Shown: positions 37,477 to 47,522 of the stretch, in pieces | How positions within the stretch are numbered: the stretch's first letter is position 1 | Layout: every line of letters starts with the position of its first letter | Source of the DNA: a virus | DNA length: 64,000 nt | Reading direction: 5' to 3' (one strand) | Virus record (IMG/VR): IMGVR_UViG_3300037156_000189 | Location: 1-64,000 of that record | Notes under the pieces: model-generated | What the model was told of the DNA's origin: nothing | What the model saw: the letters and a program-made list of their open reading frames with translations, nothing else | Databases searched by the model: none | Translations under genes and position numbers: made by a program

Positions 37477-39188
37477 GACAATCTCTCCGAATCAGCGAGT
37501 CCCTCTCTCTTCCTTCCAACGCGGTGACTCAGACCTTCGCGTGCATTGGTCGCAAAGGTGCCGGGAAAACATACCTCGCGTCTATGCTGGCTGAGCAGAT
37601 GCTCGATCTCGGTGCGCAGGTAGTCATCATTGATCCTGTCGGAAATTGGTGGGGGCTACGTGTAGATGCCGATGGGAAATCCAAAGGCAAAGACATCTTC
37701 ATTGCCGGCGGTGAGCGCGGAGACGTGCCAGTCCTGCCTGAATCCGGTGCGCGGTTCGCGCGGCTGGTTGTCGAGCGCAATGTTTCGATGGTGTTGGACG
37801 TTTCTGGTTTTCGTCAGGGCGAGCGCAAGCGATTTGCTGCCGATTTTGCTGAGGAGTTTTTTCATCTCAAGAAGACTCAACGTAGTGCTGTTCATCTGTT
37901 CGTTGAGGAAGCGCAATTGTTTGTTCCTCAGCGGTGCGGTCCTGAAGAAGCGCGAATGCTCGGTGCGTTTGAGAACATCATTCGACTTGGCAGGAATTAC
38001 GGAGTGGGTGCGACTTTAATTTCCCAACGGCCGCAATCGGTCAATAAGGAAGTTCTCTCCCAGGTCGAATGCCTTTGCGTGCTTCAGGTCAACGGTTCGC
38101 ACGAGCGAAAGGCTCTGGAAGAATGGGTGCAGGAAGCCGGTGCAGACCGAAAGCTCGTCGGCGAGTTGCCGGGGTTGTCGCAAGGTCAAGGCTATGTCTG
38201 GTCGCCTTCTTGGCTCAGGGTATTCGAGCGGGTCAAGTTCGCTAAGAAAGTTACGTTCGATGCCTCGGCGACTCCGGAAGTCGGTAAGGCGACGAAGGCC
38301 GCGTTGTTGACTGCTGTCGATGTTGAAGCGCTAAAGGCCGATCTCCAGTCGGTGATCGCCAGTGCTGAGAAAGACGATCCGAAAGTTCTGCGGCGAAAGA
38401 TTGCAGAATTGGAGCGTGCTGTGAATCAGACGGCTCCTAAAGATTCTGAAGAGACAAAACGGCGGTTGGCAGTAGCCGAGGAAGATGTTCGCAAGCTTGC
38501 ACAGTCGTTGTCGGAGGCACAACTTCGCTGTAACACGCTTCAGGGCTACATGGCTGCGTTGCAGAAGATTCAGGCGGCAGCAGAAACGATGCAGCCCCTG
38601 GAGTCTGTCGTAGTCACGCGATCTGAATATCGAAGCCCTGTGACCCCTAAGTTGAAGCCACAGCGAGAATGGCCGAAGCCGTTCAAGTCTGTTGCGGCTT
38701 CGTCGAACGGTCATCTTCGCGCCGGAGCACGCCGCATGCTCGCGTGTCTGTGCCAGTGGCTTCCTGCCGGTCGCACTGAGTCTCAGGTTGCTGCGCAGGT
38801 GCAGATGAAGAAAACCGGAGGTACGTGGTCGGCTTACAAATCCGATCTGCGCAATGGCGGTTACATCGAGATTGGTGGTGGCGGCCTCTGGTACGCTACC
38901 GATCAGGGACGCAATTATTTAGGCGCGGATGTTCCCGATACACCTACCACTACTAATGAGGTTGTTGAACTCTGGGGTCAGAAACTTCGCCTTGGTGCGC
39001 GGAATATGCTGGATGTACTCGTGCGGCACAAAGGCCGGGCGATTGCCAAGGATGAATTGGGCCAGGCTGTGAACATGGAGTCGAGCGGCGGAACATTCTC
39101 CGCTTACCTCTCTGATCTCAAGCAGGCGGGACTGATTGTAGTGGACCGTGACGGCGTGCGTGCGAATACGGAGACATTGTTGCTATGA
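37473..39188 (+). CDS. HerA/FtsK-like (DUF87) ATPase with coiled coil and two C-terminal winged-helix repeats
   Basis: GRKGAGKT, IIDPVG, FVEEAQ.F.PQ, RLGRNYG..L.SQRP; repeats GARRML...GGTWSAYKSDL / GARNML...GGTFSAYLSDL. Confidence 0.8.
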   Translation: MRQSLRISESLSLPSNAVTQTFACIGRKGAGKTYLASMLAEQMLDLGAQVVIIDPVGNWWGLRVDADGKSKGKDIFIAGGERGDVPVLPESGARFARLVVERNVSMVLDVSGFRQGERKRFAADFAEEFFHLKKTQRSAVHLFVEEAQLFVPQRCGPEEARMLGAFENIIRLGRNYGVGATLISQRPQSVNKEVLSQVECLCVLQVNGSHERKALEEWVQEAGADRKLVGELPGLSQGQGYVWSPSWLRVFERVKFAKKVTFDASATPEVGKATKAALLTAVDVEALKADLQSVIASAEKDDPKVLRRKIAELERAVNQTAPKDSEETKRRLAVAEEDVRKLAQSLSEAQLRCNTLQGYMAALQKIQAAAETMQPLESVVVTRSEYRSPVTPKLKPQREWPKPFKSVAASSNGHLRAGARRMLACLCQWLPAGRTESQVAAQVQMKKTGGTWSAYKSDLRNGGYIEIGGGGLWYATDQGRNYLGADVPDTPTTTNEVVELWGQKLRLGARNMLDVLVRHKGRAIAKDELGQAVNMESSGGTFSAYLSDLKQAGLIVVDRDGVRANTETLLL

Positions 39189-39485
39189 CCCATGAAATCC
39201 CCCACACTTGCCACAGTCTTACCCCCACCGAGCGCCAACAGATCCTAAGGCGCCTCAAGTACGGCCCCGCTCTTCCGCGAGAGGAACTGGCTGAATACGC
39301 GAACAAGCTGAAGCGGGATGTGTTGGACAAACGAGAGGGAGTGAAGAAGTGAGCGCCAGTACCCAATTCCTAGTTGCGTTTGTTGCAGGCGGCGTTCTCA
39401 TGTTGCTCGGCCGTATAGTCGGCGAATGGATGAGCGAGCGCAAGTTTAACAGAGAAAGGCTCGCAGCGAAAGAGAAGGTGCAGAA

Positions 39486-39833
39486 GTGAGCCCCCGCCCC
39501 CGACTTCCCAAAACGCAGTGGGCCAACGACAGTATCCGGGTGGACGTGAAGGCCGCCGGACTGGTTGACGAGCCGGCCAATCAAGAGGTTTTCAACGCCT
39601 GTCTCAATGAGATGGGTTCTGTGAGATTCAGAATCATGCTGGGCTGTTACGGCCCTGGGACAGAAACTGCTCCGAAGCCCAAGTACCACTGGATTCTCGG
39701 GGAGTCGGCGACAATTCTATGCCGCGATCTTGAAACTGCCGAATGGTTCAGGGAGTCTCTTCTCTCCTGGCTGAAGTCTCTTGACGGCATTCGTCTAGAG
39801 GCCGTCGACGACGGAGCGGAGGACGCGCAATGA
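39486..39833 (+). CDS. Hypothetical protein
   Basis: Coupled ORF. Confidence 0.5.
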   Translation: MSPRPRLPKTQWANDSIRVDVKAAGLVDEPANQEVFNACLNEMGSVRFRIMLGCYGPGTETAPKPKYHWILGESATILCRDLETAEWFRESLLSWLKSLDGIRLEAVDDGAEDAQ

Positions 39834-40390
39834 AACTCGAACGCGCTCTCGCTTGTGCAGGCTGGATGTCCGAAGCTGAGTTGGCCTACATCGCCGGTCT
39901 TGCTCCTCGCAGCAAGATCGTTGTTGAACTCGGCTCGTGGCGCGGGCGCTCCGCGATCGCATGGGCCGAGAACGGGGCCAAGGTTGTCTACTGCGTGGAT
40001 ACCTGGGATGACTCCGCATTTGGTTGCGAGAATTTCCCCGGCGATGCTCCTGATCTCAAGCAGCGGCCCGAGTGGCTTTGGAATGAGTTCCTGCGCAATA
40101 CCGTGGGCCTCCCCAACATTTTCCCTTTGCGCATGACCACGGCGGAGGCGGCTGGATTCTTAGCCCCCCTGGGGATCAAAGCCGATGTGGTTTTTATCGA
40201 CGCCGGGCATCTCGCGCATGAAGTTGTTGCCGACATCGAAGCGTGGCGGCCGTTGCTGAGGGATGAGAATTCAGTTCTTTGTGGCCATGATTACAATTTC
40301 TCAGGATGGCCTGACGTGAAGACCGTAGTAGACCAGATGATTCCCAAATTCAGTGTGATTGGGACGATCTGGACCACGGAGGGCGTCTGA
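39830..40390 (+). CDS. Class I SAM-dependent (O-)methyltransferase, Methyltransf_24-like
   Basis: VVELGSWRGRS, CVDTW, VFIDAGH, CGHDY. Confidence 0.85.
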   Translation: MKLERALACAGWMSEAELAYIAGLAPRSKIVVELGSWRGRSAIAWAENGAKVVYCVDTWDDSAFGCENFPGDAPDLKQRPEWLWNEFLRNTVGLPNIFPLRMTTAEAAGFLAPLGIKADVVFIDAGHLAHEVVADIEAWRPLLRDENSVLCGHDYNFSGWPDVKTVVDQMIPKFSVIGTIWTTEGV

Positions 40391-40974
40391 TGCCTCCCAC
40401 TTTCACGATTATTACTGCCACGATTCAAAGAGAGTCCCTTGTTCGCTGCTGCGCCTCTGTGAATGCTCAGTCTCTTACTGATTGGCAGCATCTGATCGTC
40501 ATGGACTGCGCGATAGAGGATGTGAATTCAGAGTTGATGTTTTCCCTGGCGCATCCTCGCCGCCGATTCTACTGCTGTGGTCAGCGCTACAACGATTTCG
40601 GTAACTCACCGAGGCATCAGGCTTACGAGTTCGCCACGGGAGATTTTGTATACTTCTTGGACGATGATAACGAGTTTGCGGATTCCGACGCGCTGCAGCG
40701 CATGTCCGACGCGCTTGCCAAAGCGGGTTGTCCTCTGGTTTCCATCTTTCCAATCATCCGTGATGGCCAGAGGTTCTTCAATGACCCTCCCGGCCTTTGC
40801 CTGACCGACACTGCCAACTTCTGCCTGCGCCGCCAGATTGCGCAGTGGCTTGCGGGGCCGGAGTACGAAATGGATGGGATCTTGATCGAGCGGTTGGTCA
40901 AGAAGTGCGGATACGAAGCGTTCCCCGACGTCGAACCGATCGCTATCATGGAGAAATCGAATCATGGAAAATAG
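40390..40974 (+). CDS. GT-A/GT2 glycosyltransferase
   Basis: FTIITAT, SVNAQ, IVMD, GNSPR, YFLDDDN. Confidence 0.85.
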   Translation: MPPTFTIITATIQRESLVRCCASVNAQSLTDWQHLIVMDCAIEDVNSELMFSLAHPRRRFYCCGQRYNDFGNSPRHQAYEFATGDFVYFLDDDNEFADSDALQRMSDALAKAGCPLVSIFPIIRDGQRFFNDPPGLCLTDTANFCLRRQIAQWLAGPEYEMDGILIERLVKKCGYEAFPDVEPIAIMEKSNHGK

Positions 40975-41815
40975 TCCCCGCATTTTACTTGGCTTCCTTT
41001 CGGCTTACCACCCATCGCGTTGGCACCGTCGTCAGATCTTGCGTGAGCAGTGCCTCAAGAATTCTCCGCTCCCTTGGAAGTTCGTTTTCGGGGACGAGCC
41101 CTATCCAGGGGATCGTGAGCGTTGTGGAATCCCTGACGATGAAATTCTTCACGCGTCAGGATCGGACGCGAAGAAGTATCTTCATCTTAAGGATGTCGCG
41201 CTGTTCAAATATGCGCTTGATAATGGGTTCGACTACTGCTTAAGAGGGTGCGACGACTCATGGGTTTTCCCCGACCGCATCGTCCGCGCCGGCTTGGAGC
41301 CTTTCGATTATGCCGGCAATTTTCCGTGCAAGTTCAAACTGGGTGGAACTTTTGATGTTCCCATGGCGAGAATGAATTACGCGCACGGCGGGTGTGGAAT
41401 CTGGCTCTCGCGTAAGGCCATGCAGATGATCGTGGATACTCCCTGGGATGAGCATTATTTGGACTCGTGGCCTGAGAAGCTCGATGTGGGGTTTGGGATC
41501 AAATTTCCCAAGATGCCCTGGTATTGGGACGACCATTTTCTGGGGGAGGTCTTGCAAGGGAATTTGGGTTATTTCGATCCTCTGCGCGACCAGCCGTGGC
41601 AATCCTACGCGGCCAATGGAATTGCCTGTTACGAAGACTCGGACTTGTTCTTCAACGACGAACCCCAACGGCCCCTCACGATCCATGATCCCGGCGTGCA
41701 CAAGCCAAACTCACGTGAGATGGATGAAGTTGTTGAGCAAGCGAGAGCAAGGAACATCGCGGCGATGATGATTGGTCAGCCAGTCGATGTGGAATTGGAG
41801 CCCACCCATGGTTGA
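40964..41815 (+). CDS. GT31/Fringe-like (galactosyltransferase-type) glycosyltransferase
   Basis: KFVFG, YLHLK, FDYCLRGCDDSWV, FDYAG, HGGCGIWLSRKAM, WDDHFLG. Confidence 0.75.
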   Translation: MENSPRILLGFLSAYHPSRWHRRQILREQCLKNSPLPWKFVFGDEPYPGDRERCGIPDDEILHASGSDAKKYLHLKDVALFKYALDNGFDYCLRGCDDSWVFPDRIVRAGLEPFDYAGNFPCKFKLGGTFDVPMARMNYAHGGCGIWLSRKAMQMIVDTPWDEHYLDSWPEKLDVGFGIKFPKMPWYWDDHFLGEVLQGNLGYFDPLRDQPWQSYAANGIACYEDSDLFFNDEPQRPLTIHDPGVHKPNSREMDEVVEQARARNIAAMMIGQPVDVELEPTHG

Positions 41816-42329
41816 TTTCAATCTCTTTCAAAGAGTCGGCAGTTTCTTCGAGCAGCGTCGTGAGTACAGAGCCCAAGCTCTCAAGAACCTCCGTAAGCGC
41901 GAGGGACTTCCTTCCCCAGTTGACGAGAACGGTTCTCCTCTCGAAACTCGCATGGATGACTACGGCAACGCGACATATCACAATGCTGCGGGAGAGAAGG
42001 TCGACCGAGTTCTCTTCGCCGGGGCCGGCAAGGACGGCAAGCCCGGATCGTTCGCTGTCGGCCAGCGCCGCGGTGATCCGCTCGACGAGGCAACTCGGAA
42101 CTGGGCCAGTGGCCACTCAGCTTTTGAAATCCTCGACGTCGCAGAAGACGGTCGTCGCCTTTCCGATGAGCTGAACGATCTCGACCGGGATTCCAGCACC
42201 TTCGCCATGGCTGAAACTGTGTCCCACGGCGTCGAGTCCGAGCAGGCGCCGGGATTTGAGATCACTGGGACTTCGGACGAAGAGATCGACCAACGGCTGC
42301 AGGAGTTTTTGAAGAGAGGTCCGCGGTGA
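41808..42329 (+). CDS. Hypothetical acidic protein
   Basis: SD GGAG. Confidence 0.55.
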   Translation: MVDFNLFQRVGSFFEQRREYRAQALKNLRKREGLPSPVDENGSPLETRMDDYGNATYHNAAGEKVDRVLFAGAGKDGKPGSFAVGQRRGDPLDEATRNWASGHSAFEILDVAEDGRRLSDELNDLDRDSSTFAMAETVSHGVESEQAPGFEITGTSDEEIDQRLQEFLKRGPR

Positions 42330-42778
42330 TGAGCGATAGGCCAAAGATTGTGTGTCTCTGCGGGTCCACGCGGTTTCGCGATCAGTTTGCTCAAGCGAAC
42401 TATCGTGAAACGCTGAAAGGGAGCATAGTCCTGAGTGTGGGCTTTTATGTCCATGCCGCAGATGAGTGCCCGAACTGCGATGCGTCGCAGAGCTTCGCGA
42501 AAGAGCAGAATGCTGAGGGTCCGCAAGGAAAGTGTTGGCAGTGCGGTGCAGACCTCGGCTGTACGTCGGAGCAGAAGATCGCTTTGGATGAACTTCACAA
42601 GCGCAAGATTGATTTGGCCGACGAGATTTTGGTGGTTACCGTTCAAAGATATATCGGCGAGTCTACGTTTTCTGAGATAGAATATGCTCGGCAGTGTGGT
42701 AAGTCTGTCCGATGGCTAGAGCCTACTGCTGAGGAGCGATTTCATGAGTTGGCCGAAAGGCGTGCCGCGCGCACCTGA
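42326..42778 (+). CDS. Nucleoside 2-deoxyribosyltransferase-like fold protein with a Zn-ribbon insert
   Basis: CLCGSTRF, HKRKIDLADEILVV, YIGEST..EIEYA; CPNC/CWQC insert. Confidence 0.65.
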   Translation: MMSDRPKIVCLCGSTRFRDQFAQANYRETLKGSIVLSVGFYVHAADECPNCDASQSFAKEQNAEGPQGKCWQCGADLGCTSEQKIALDELHKRKIDLADEILVVTVQRYIGESTFSEIEYARQCGKSVRWLEPTAEERFHELAERRAART

Positions 42779-43358
42779 AACGATTGCAAAAATGAAGGCG
42801 TCTTCTCCGCGCAGATCAGGATGGCGCCATTCGGAAGAGACAAAGTTGAAAATAGCAGCGGCTCGTCAAGCGCGCGAAGCGTTAAAGCCGCCGAAGGCTG
42901 CATGTAAAAAACGAGGTCGAAATGGGTGGAAGTGGACTGATGAGCAGAGGGAAAAATACAGTGCAAGTCGCAAAGGACGCCATTTTAGCGACGAGGCAAG
43001 AGCACGGCTTGCTGACAATAGGCGTATGTTTTGGGATAGTCTCCCCTCTGAAGATCGAGAACGACGATTGGTGCGTTGGCGAGGGTACGGTTCTGAAGGT
43101 GTGCGTTCACGACGCCCTAGCGGCGCTTGTCAAAAGTGTGGAGTTTATCGTCAGTCTCTTCATCGTGAGCACATTATTCCGCGTTGGAAGGGTGGAAAGG
43201 ACGATAGCGAGAATATCCAATGGCTTTGTGCAAATTGCCACGAGGATAAGACTCGCGAGGATCTCCGTGGTATACCGGGACCGAACAGAGGTAAAAAACC
43301 AAGCGAGGAGACACGAGTTAAAATGCGTGCGGCCGCGCTTCGTCGTTTGAGTCGCTAA
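42744..43358 (+). CDS. HNH endonuclease with NUMOD3 DNA-binding repeats
   Basis: HSEETKLKI, FSDEARARL, PSEETRVKM; CQKC...HREHIIP..KGG.D..ENIQWLCANCH. Confidence 0.85.
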   Translation: MSWPKGVPRAPETIAKMKASSPRRSGWRHSEETKLKIAAARQAREALKPPKAACKKRGRNGWKWTDEQREKYSASRKGRHFSDEARARLADNRRMFWDSLPSEDRERRLVRWRGYGSEGVRSRRPSGACQKCGVYRQSLHREHIIPRWKGGKDDSENIQWLCANCHEDKTREDLRGIPGPNRGKKPSEETRVKMRAAALRRLSR

Positions 43359-43430
43359 CAGTGGTAGTACGAATATTGAAATTGAGTATCCAGTAACGAG
43401 AGGTAAACCTGTGCGATATACGGAGTCAGT

Positions 43431-44129
43431 ATGAGTAACACGGCTGACACTCGTCCTGATCTTATTCACCCGTTCCAGTTCCAACCGGGGCGTGAGTCTG
43501 AATGCAGCCACTTTTACCCGTGGCTCGGCGGATACGTCAAGTGCAACGCGAAGGAATCCAGTCCAATTCATCGCAATGGCCCACATCTGCTGACGGCGAA
43601 AAACGGCGAGCAGGCTTATTGCCTTGGCGATCCTGCTGTTTGTCAGTTTTGTGCGGAAGGCCGTCCCGCAACATTTTACAACTGGAAGGCGGCTGAAGAT
43701 GCCCGCTGACTTTTTCCTCTGTCCCGGTTGCGAACTGCCGGTAGCCGAAGAAGGTTCTCTTTGCGAGTCCTGTGCTGCATGGCAGGCACAGAAGTTGGCA
43801 GCTATGAATTCCGAGTATCAGGATAGCTTGGCGAGGCAAGTGCGTCGCCGTATGAGCCCTGGCGCGCGATTCGCCGAAGACTTGTCGGATATGGCGAAGG
43901 CCGTGGAACGGAGTCGGAGATGAACATAACCGGTGTCTACCAGTTCCCGCAGAATCGGTGTATTTGCTCCATCTGCAACTTCATGTGCTGGACGGAGCAG
44001 AAGAGCGGAAAAGTGGTGGTGTCGCATCCGACTCACCCGACTTGTCCCAATTCGCATCAGGCTTTCGAAGTGCCTGTGACTGAGTGCAAACCACTACCGC
44101 CAGAGTTTTTCTCGGACCAGATAGGATAG
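43431..44129 (+). CDS. Three small Cys/His-rich Zn-binding proteins (43431-43709, 43699-43923, 43920-44129)
   Basis: Coupled ORFs with CxxC pairs. Confidence 0.5.
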
Positions 44130-44131
44130 CA

Positions 44132-44887
44132 ATGACTCAAGAAATCGAATCCATCAAGCCCGCCCTGTCGGTCATTCTTGACGACGGTGACTTCATCGTC
44201 AATTCCACCGGCCCGGTCGGCAAGGCAATGGCGCAGGCAATCTTACCTCTCGCCGCCGGTGCGAGGAAAGTGACGATCATCACAGATGGTGAGATGAAGG
44301 TGATGAAGCGGAATGGGAACGGGACTAACGCGGGACAAGCGCCGCAGACAGCGGCTCAGGCGATGGCTCAGCGCCGGCCTGCGCTCCCCGATGGTCCCGA
44401 TGTCCAGGATTCTTTTGTCTCCGATATCGAAACTGGAGTTACGGGCGAGCAGGCCATGGGTGAAACTCCTGCCCCTACTCCCGGCCCGTCCGAGCCAGTC
44501 AAGATCCCAACTAAGCGCAAACCAGTCATTTTCCAGGATGCTGCCGCCCCACCGGCTCCCGAGCTGGCTGAGGAGGAGATGGACCGGCTTATGGCCGAGG
44601 CGCAGCAGGCGGAAGCGGAAGCGGCCAAGGTGGCCGAGGATCAGCGGTTCCAGCGGCAGCAGGCTGTGCAGGCTAATCAGGAGCCCTCTGATGTTCCTGC
44701 CGAGCAGCCCGCTGAGGCCGCCAAGCCACGGCGTCGTGAGCGCCAGCTTGCCACCACGGGCCGGCCCTGCGGCCGCTGCGGCGGTGGCGGGAAGGTCATG
44801 GGGGACGCCGGGTTCACCGGAGCCTGTCCCGTGTGCCATGGTGAGGGCCAGGTGAAGACCTGGGACCGGTCGTTGAAGGTTCGATAG
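44132..44887 (+). CDS. Low-complexity protein with C-terminal DnaJ-type Zn finger
   Basis: CGRCGGGG...CPVCHGEG. Confidence 0.65.
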   Translation: MTQEIESIKPALSVILDDGDFIVNSTGPVGKAMAQAILPLAAGARKVTIITDGEMKVMKRNGNGTNAGQAPQTAAQAMAQRRPALPDGPDVQDSFVSDIETGVTGEQAMGETPAPTPGPSEPVKIPTKRKPVIFQDAAAPPAPELAEEEMDRLMAEAQQAEAEAAKVAEDQRFQRQQAVQANQEPSDVPAEQPAEAAKPRRRERQLATTGRPCGRCGGGGKVMGDAGFTGACPVCHGEGQVKTWDRSLKVR

Positions 44888-44930
44888 GCTGAATCTGTAG
44901 TATGGTAATGTTGCAAACCAAGGATACCTG

Positions 44931-47426
44931 ATGGCTCACATGCCCGATTCCGCGCTTCCTCTCTGCAACAATCCGCAGCATCCTGCGGGTCTCCCGAGGC
45001 GTATGATCTATCTTCAGACCAAGGACCAGGCCCATGTCTTTGGCTGCCAGGCCTGTCGCGACGTTAATCGTAAGCTCTCTGTCCGCGTGATTACCGATCA
45101 GTTCTACCGGCGCGAGGTCAGGAAGTCCCTGGCCGCATCCGGCCAGTTGCTGAAGGGTCCGATGCGCCGTCGTGAACGCTCTCCCATGGAACTTGGCCTG
45201 ATGCGGGAGATGAGTCTCGATGCCGCTCGCCGCGACACTCGCTCTCGCACGATCGATTGGGATTCCGAGCATCGGCGTTCCCGCGACGGCAAGTACGAAT
45301 TGGTTCGCTACGAGAGCCTGGGCAACGGCAGCCTGCGAATCCAGATGGCGATCAACGGCAAGCTCTGCCCTCAGATGGATGATCATGTAGCCAGCCGGGA
45401 AGAGTTCAAGACTGAGGAAGCATACTGGAGCCGGGTCGCGCGAGGCAGCGAGCTTATCCTGCACCTCTACGGCGATCCTAGAAATCCGTTGACGCCGGAA
45501 GAAAGCGCGCAGCGGGAAAGTGAAACTTACTAAGTCAGAACGGAGAACCAATCGTGAATTTTCAAATTACCTACGCTCAAGTCGATCCTGCGAATAACAG
45601 CATCAACAGGCAGCAGACTTTGTACAACTGCATTATCGACGGCAGCGTTGTGCGCTCCGATCTTGTTGTATTCCGGGACGAGGCCAACACCGGCTCGGTA
45701 GTCGCAGTAGTTCCGCTTGCCGGGGTGCTGATGATAGTGGAGAGCGAGCATTTGACTGCCCCGGCCGCTCCTGCTCCGGCCGTCTGAGCGGGAATCTCTT
45801 AACAGGTCCAACCAGAATCGAAAGGATTACACAGATGTCTCGACTTGCCGCAGTCCGCACCGGTCAACCAACTCAAGGTTTAGGCACAGTTCCTAACGGA
45901 AAGCATCTGCCTGCCGGCATTGATGATCTTGAACCGCCTGTGACTATAAACCCTCGCTCCGCGCATTCCGCCGCGGCTGCGACTGTGACGGCCGCCTGGC
46001 TGTCGCTGACCGCAACCGAGCTGGAGGTCCGGAAGTATTTCAAGTCGATCCCGGTTCCTTCCGGCTTGGAGGCTCTGGCAAAGATGCGCCACCAATGCGA
46101 CCTGGCGGCCGAGACTCTTCAGGGCCGGATGGACGAATCAAATACCGAACGCTGCACTGGCTGTGGGAAGACGCTTGAGGAGACGCATAAGAACCAGTGG
46201 CTGATGATCGGGGCGGATGTTGACGCTGAGACAGGCGTGCCGATGCCGTACCGCTTCTGCGGCCCGTTATGTATTCGTGAGCGCAATCGCGAGAAGATGC
46301 TTCCGAAGGAACTGCGCGATCAGAAGCGGTTTGATGGCGCCGACATGGGCGAGGTGCGGTGATGTCTCAAAAATACGAAGACATCCTCAAAAACTCCGTC
46401 GAGAAGCTCTCCCTCGGTCCGAATGACATCCTTATTGTGAAGTCTCAGGAAGCGATGTCGACGTTTCTGGAGATGACCCAGGCCGGTGTCGGCTTCTCCA
46501 AATATGCGAACCCGATTCTCCTTGTCCCCGGCGGCCTGGAGAAGGCAACACGGGACGATCTTCTCGACGCGATCAGGATTCTGGATGAGAAGATCGCGAA
46601 CGAAGGAAAGCCGGAGGAAGCGGTCAGCCGGATCATTACTGATTTGCATGCGCCGCTTGTAAGGAGAGTCCAATGAGCCACACCTACTCCATCTTGAATC
46701 CGCGAGTCCCTTGCTGCGCGCAGATATTTCTTGATCTTTCCAACCGGTCCAACACCTATTGCCAACGCGAACTGGGCCATCCGGATGAGGCCGTGAAGGA
46801 ATTTCCCGGCGGGCACAACATTGTCGACGAGCCTCCTGTGGCGAAGGTACAGAAATGACCCGTCCCCTGAGCCCGATTCATGCGCCGCTCGACGCCGACC
46901 CGCCGTCGAGCCCGCCACCGATTCCGCGCATCGCCCGCCTTGCCAAGCTCGATTCGCGCCCGCTGTCCGGTTTGCCGCGTTCGCTCGGCCCCGGCGGAGC
47001 ATCCTCCGCGTTCGCGCGGGCAGTGGACAAGGCGCTGGTCGATGAGATGGCGGATCAGTTGCGAGGATTAGACACGGGCGAGAGTGAGATCGGCGATTGG
47101 GCCGGTGAGATCATCGCTGCGTTTTGTGAGGAGTAATGGACTCCATTTCTCCGGTTCTGACAGAACTCGAAGTGCCCGCTGAGCAGGTCGTCGCGCTCGG
47201 GCAAGATGGGTTCTACCCGATCGTTGTTGCGCGCGTCAGTTGGCGAGATAAAGACGAGAAGCTCATGGCGGTGTGCTCCTACACTCGCTACCGCTTCACC
47301 GCCGCGGAGAGGGAGTTGATTTTGAAAGGGGCGGACTTGATCCTGGGGCAGCCGCATCATGGTCAGATGATGCCGGTATCGCTGCAGTTGGCGATGCCAG
47401 GAGAGTATCCGGTACAGGAGAAATAA
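44931..47426 (+). CDS. Run of hypothetical genes (44931-45533, 45554-45787, 45835-46362, 46359-46676, 46673-46858, 46855-47136, 47136-47426)
   Basis: Tightly coupled ORFs with SDs; no recognisable family. Confidence 0.55.
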
Positions 47427-47461
47427 AGTATCCAGTTGGAGGGTAAATAAAGTACACTTAT

Positions 47462-47522
47462 GGGGTCAGGAAGTTGTAGCTTCCGGCAAGCCTAATCATT
47501 CTGGAGGAATGATCATGACCCC
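47462..47522 (+). promoter_or_regulatory. Structured 5' leader of HNH-AP2 gene 3
   Basis: GGGGTCA/TGACCCC; GGAAG-TTGTAG-CTTCC; GGCAAGCCTAATC shared with 31206. Confidence 0.7.
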
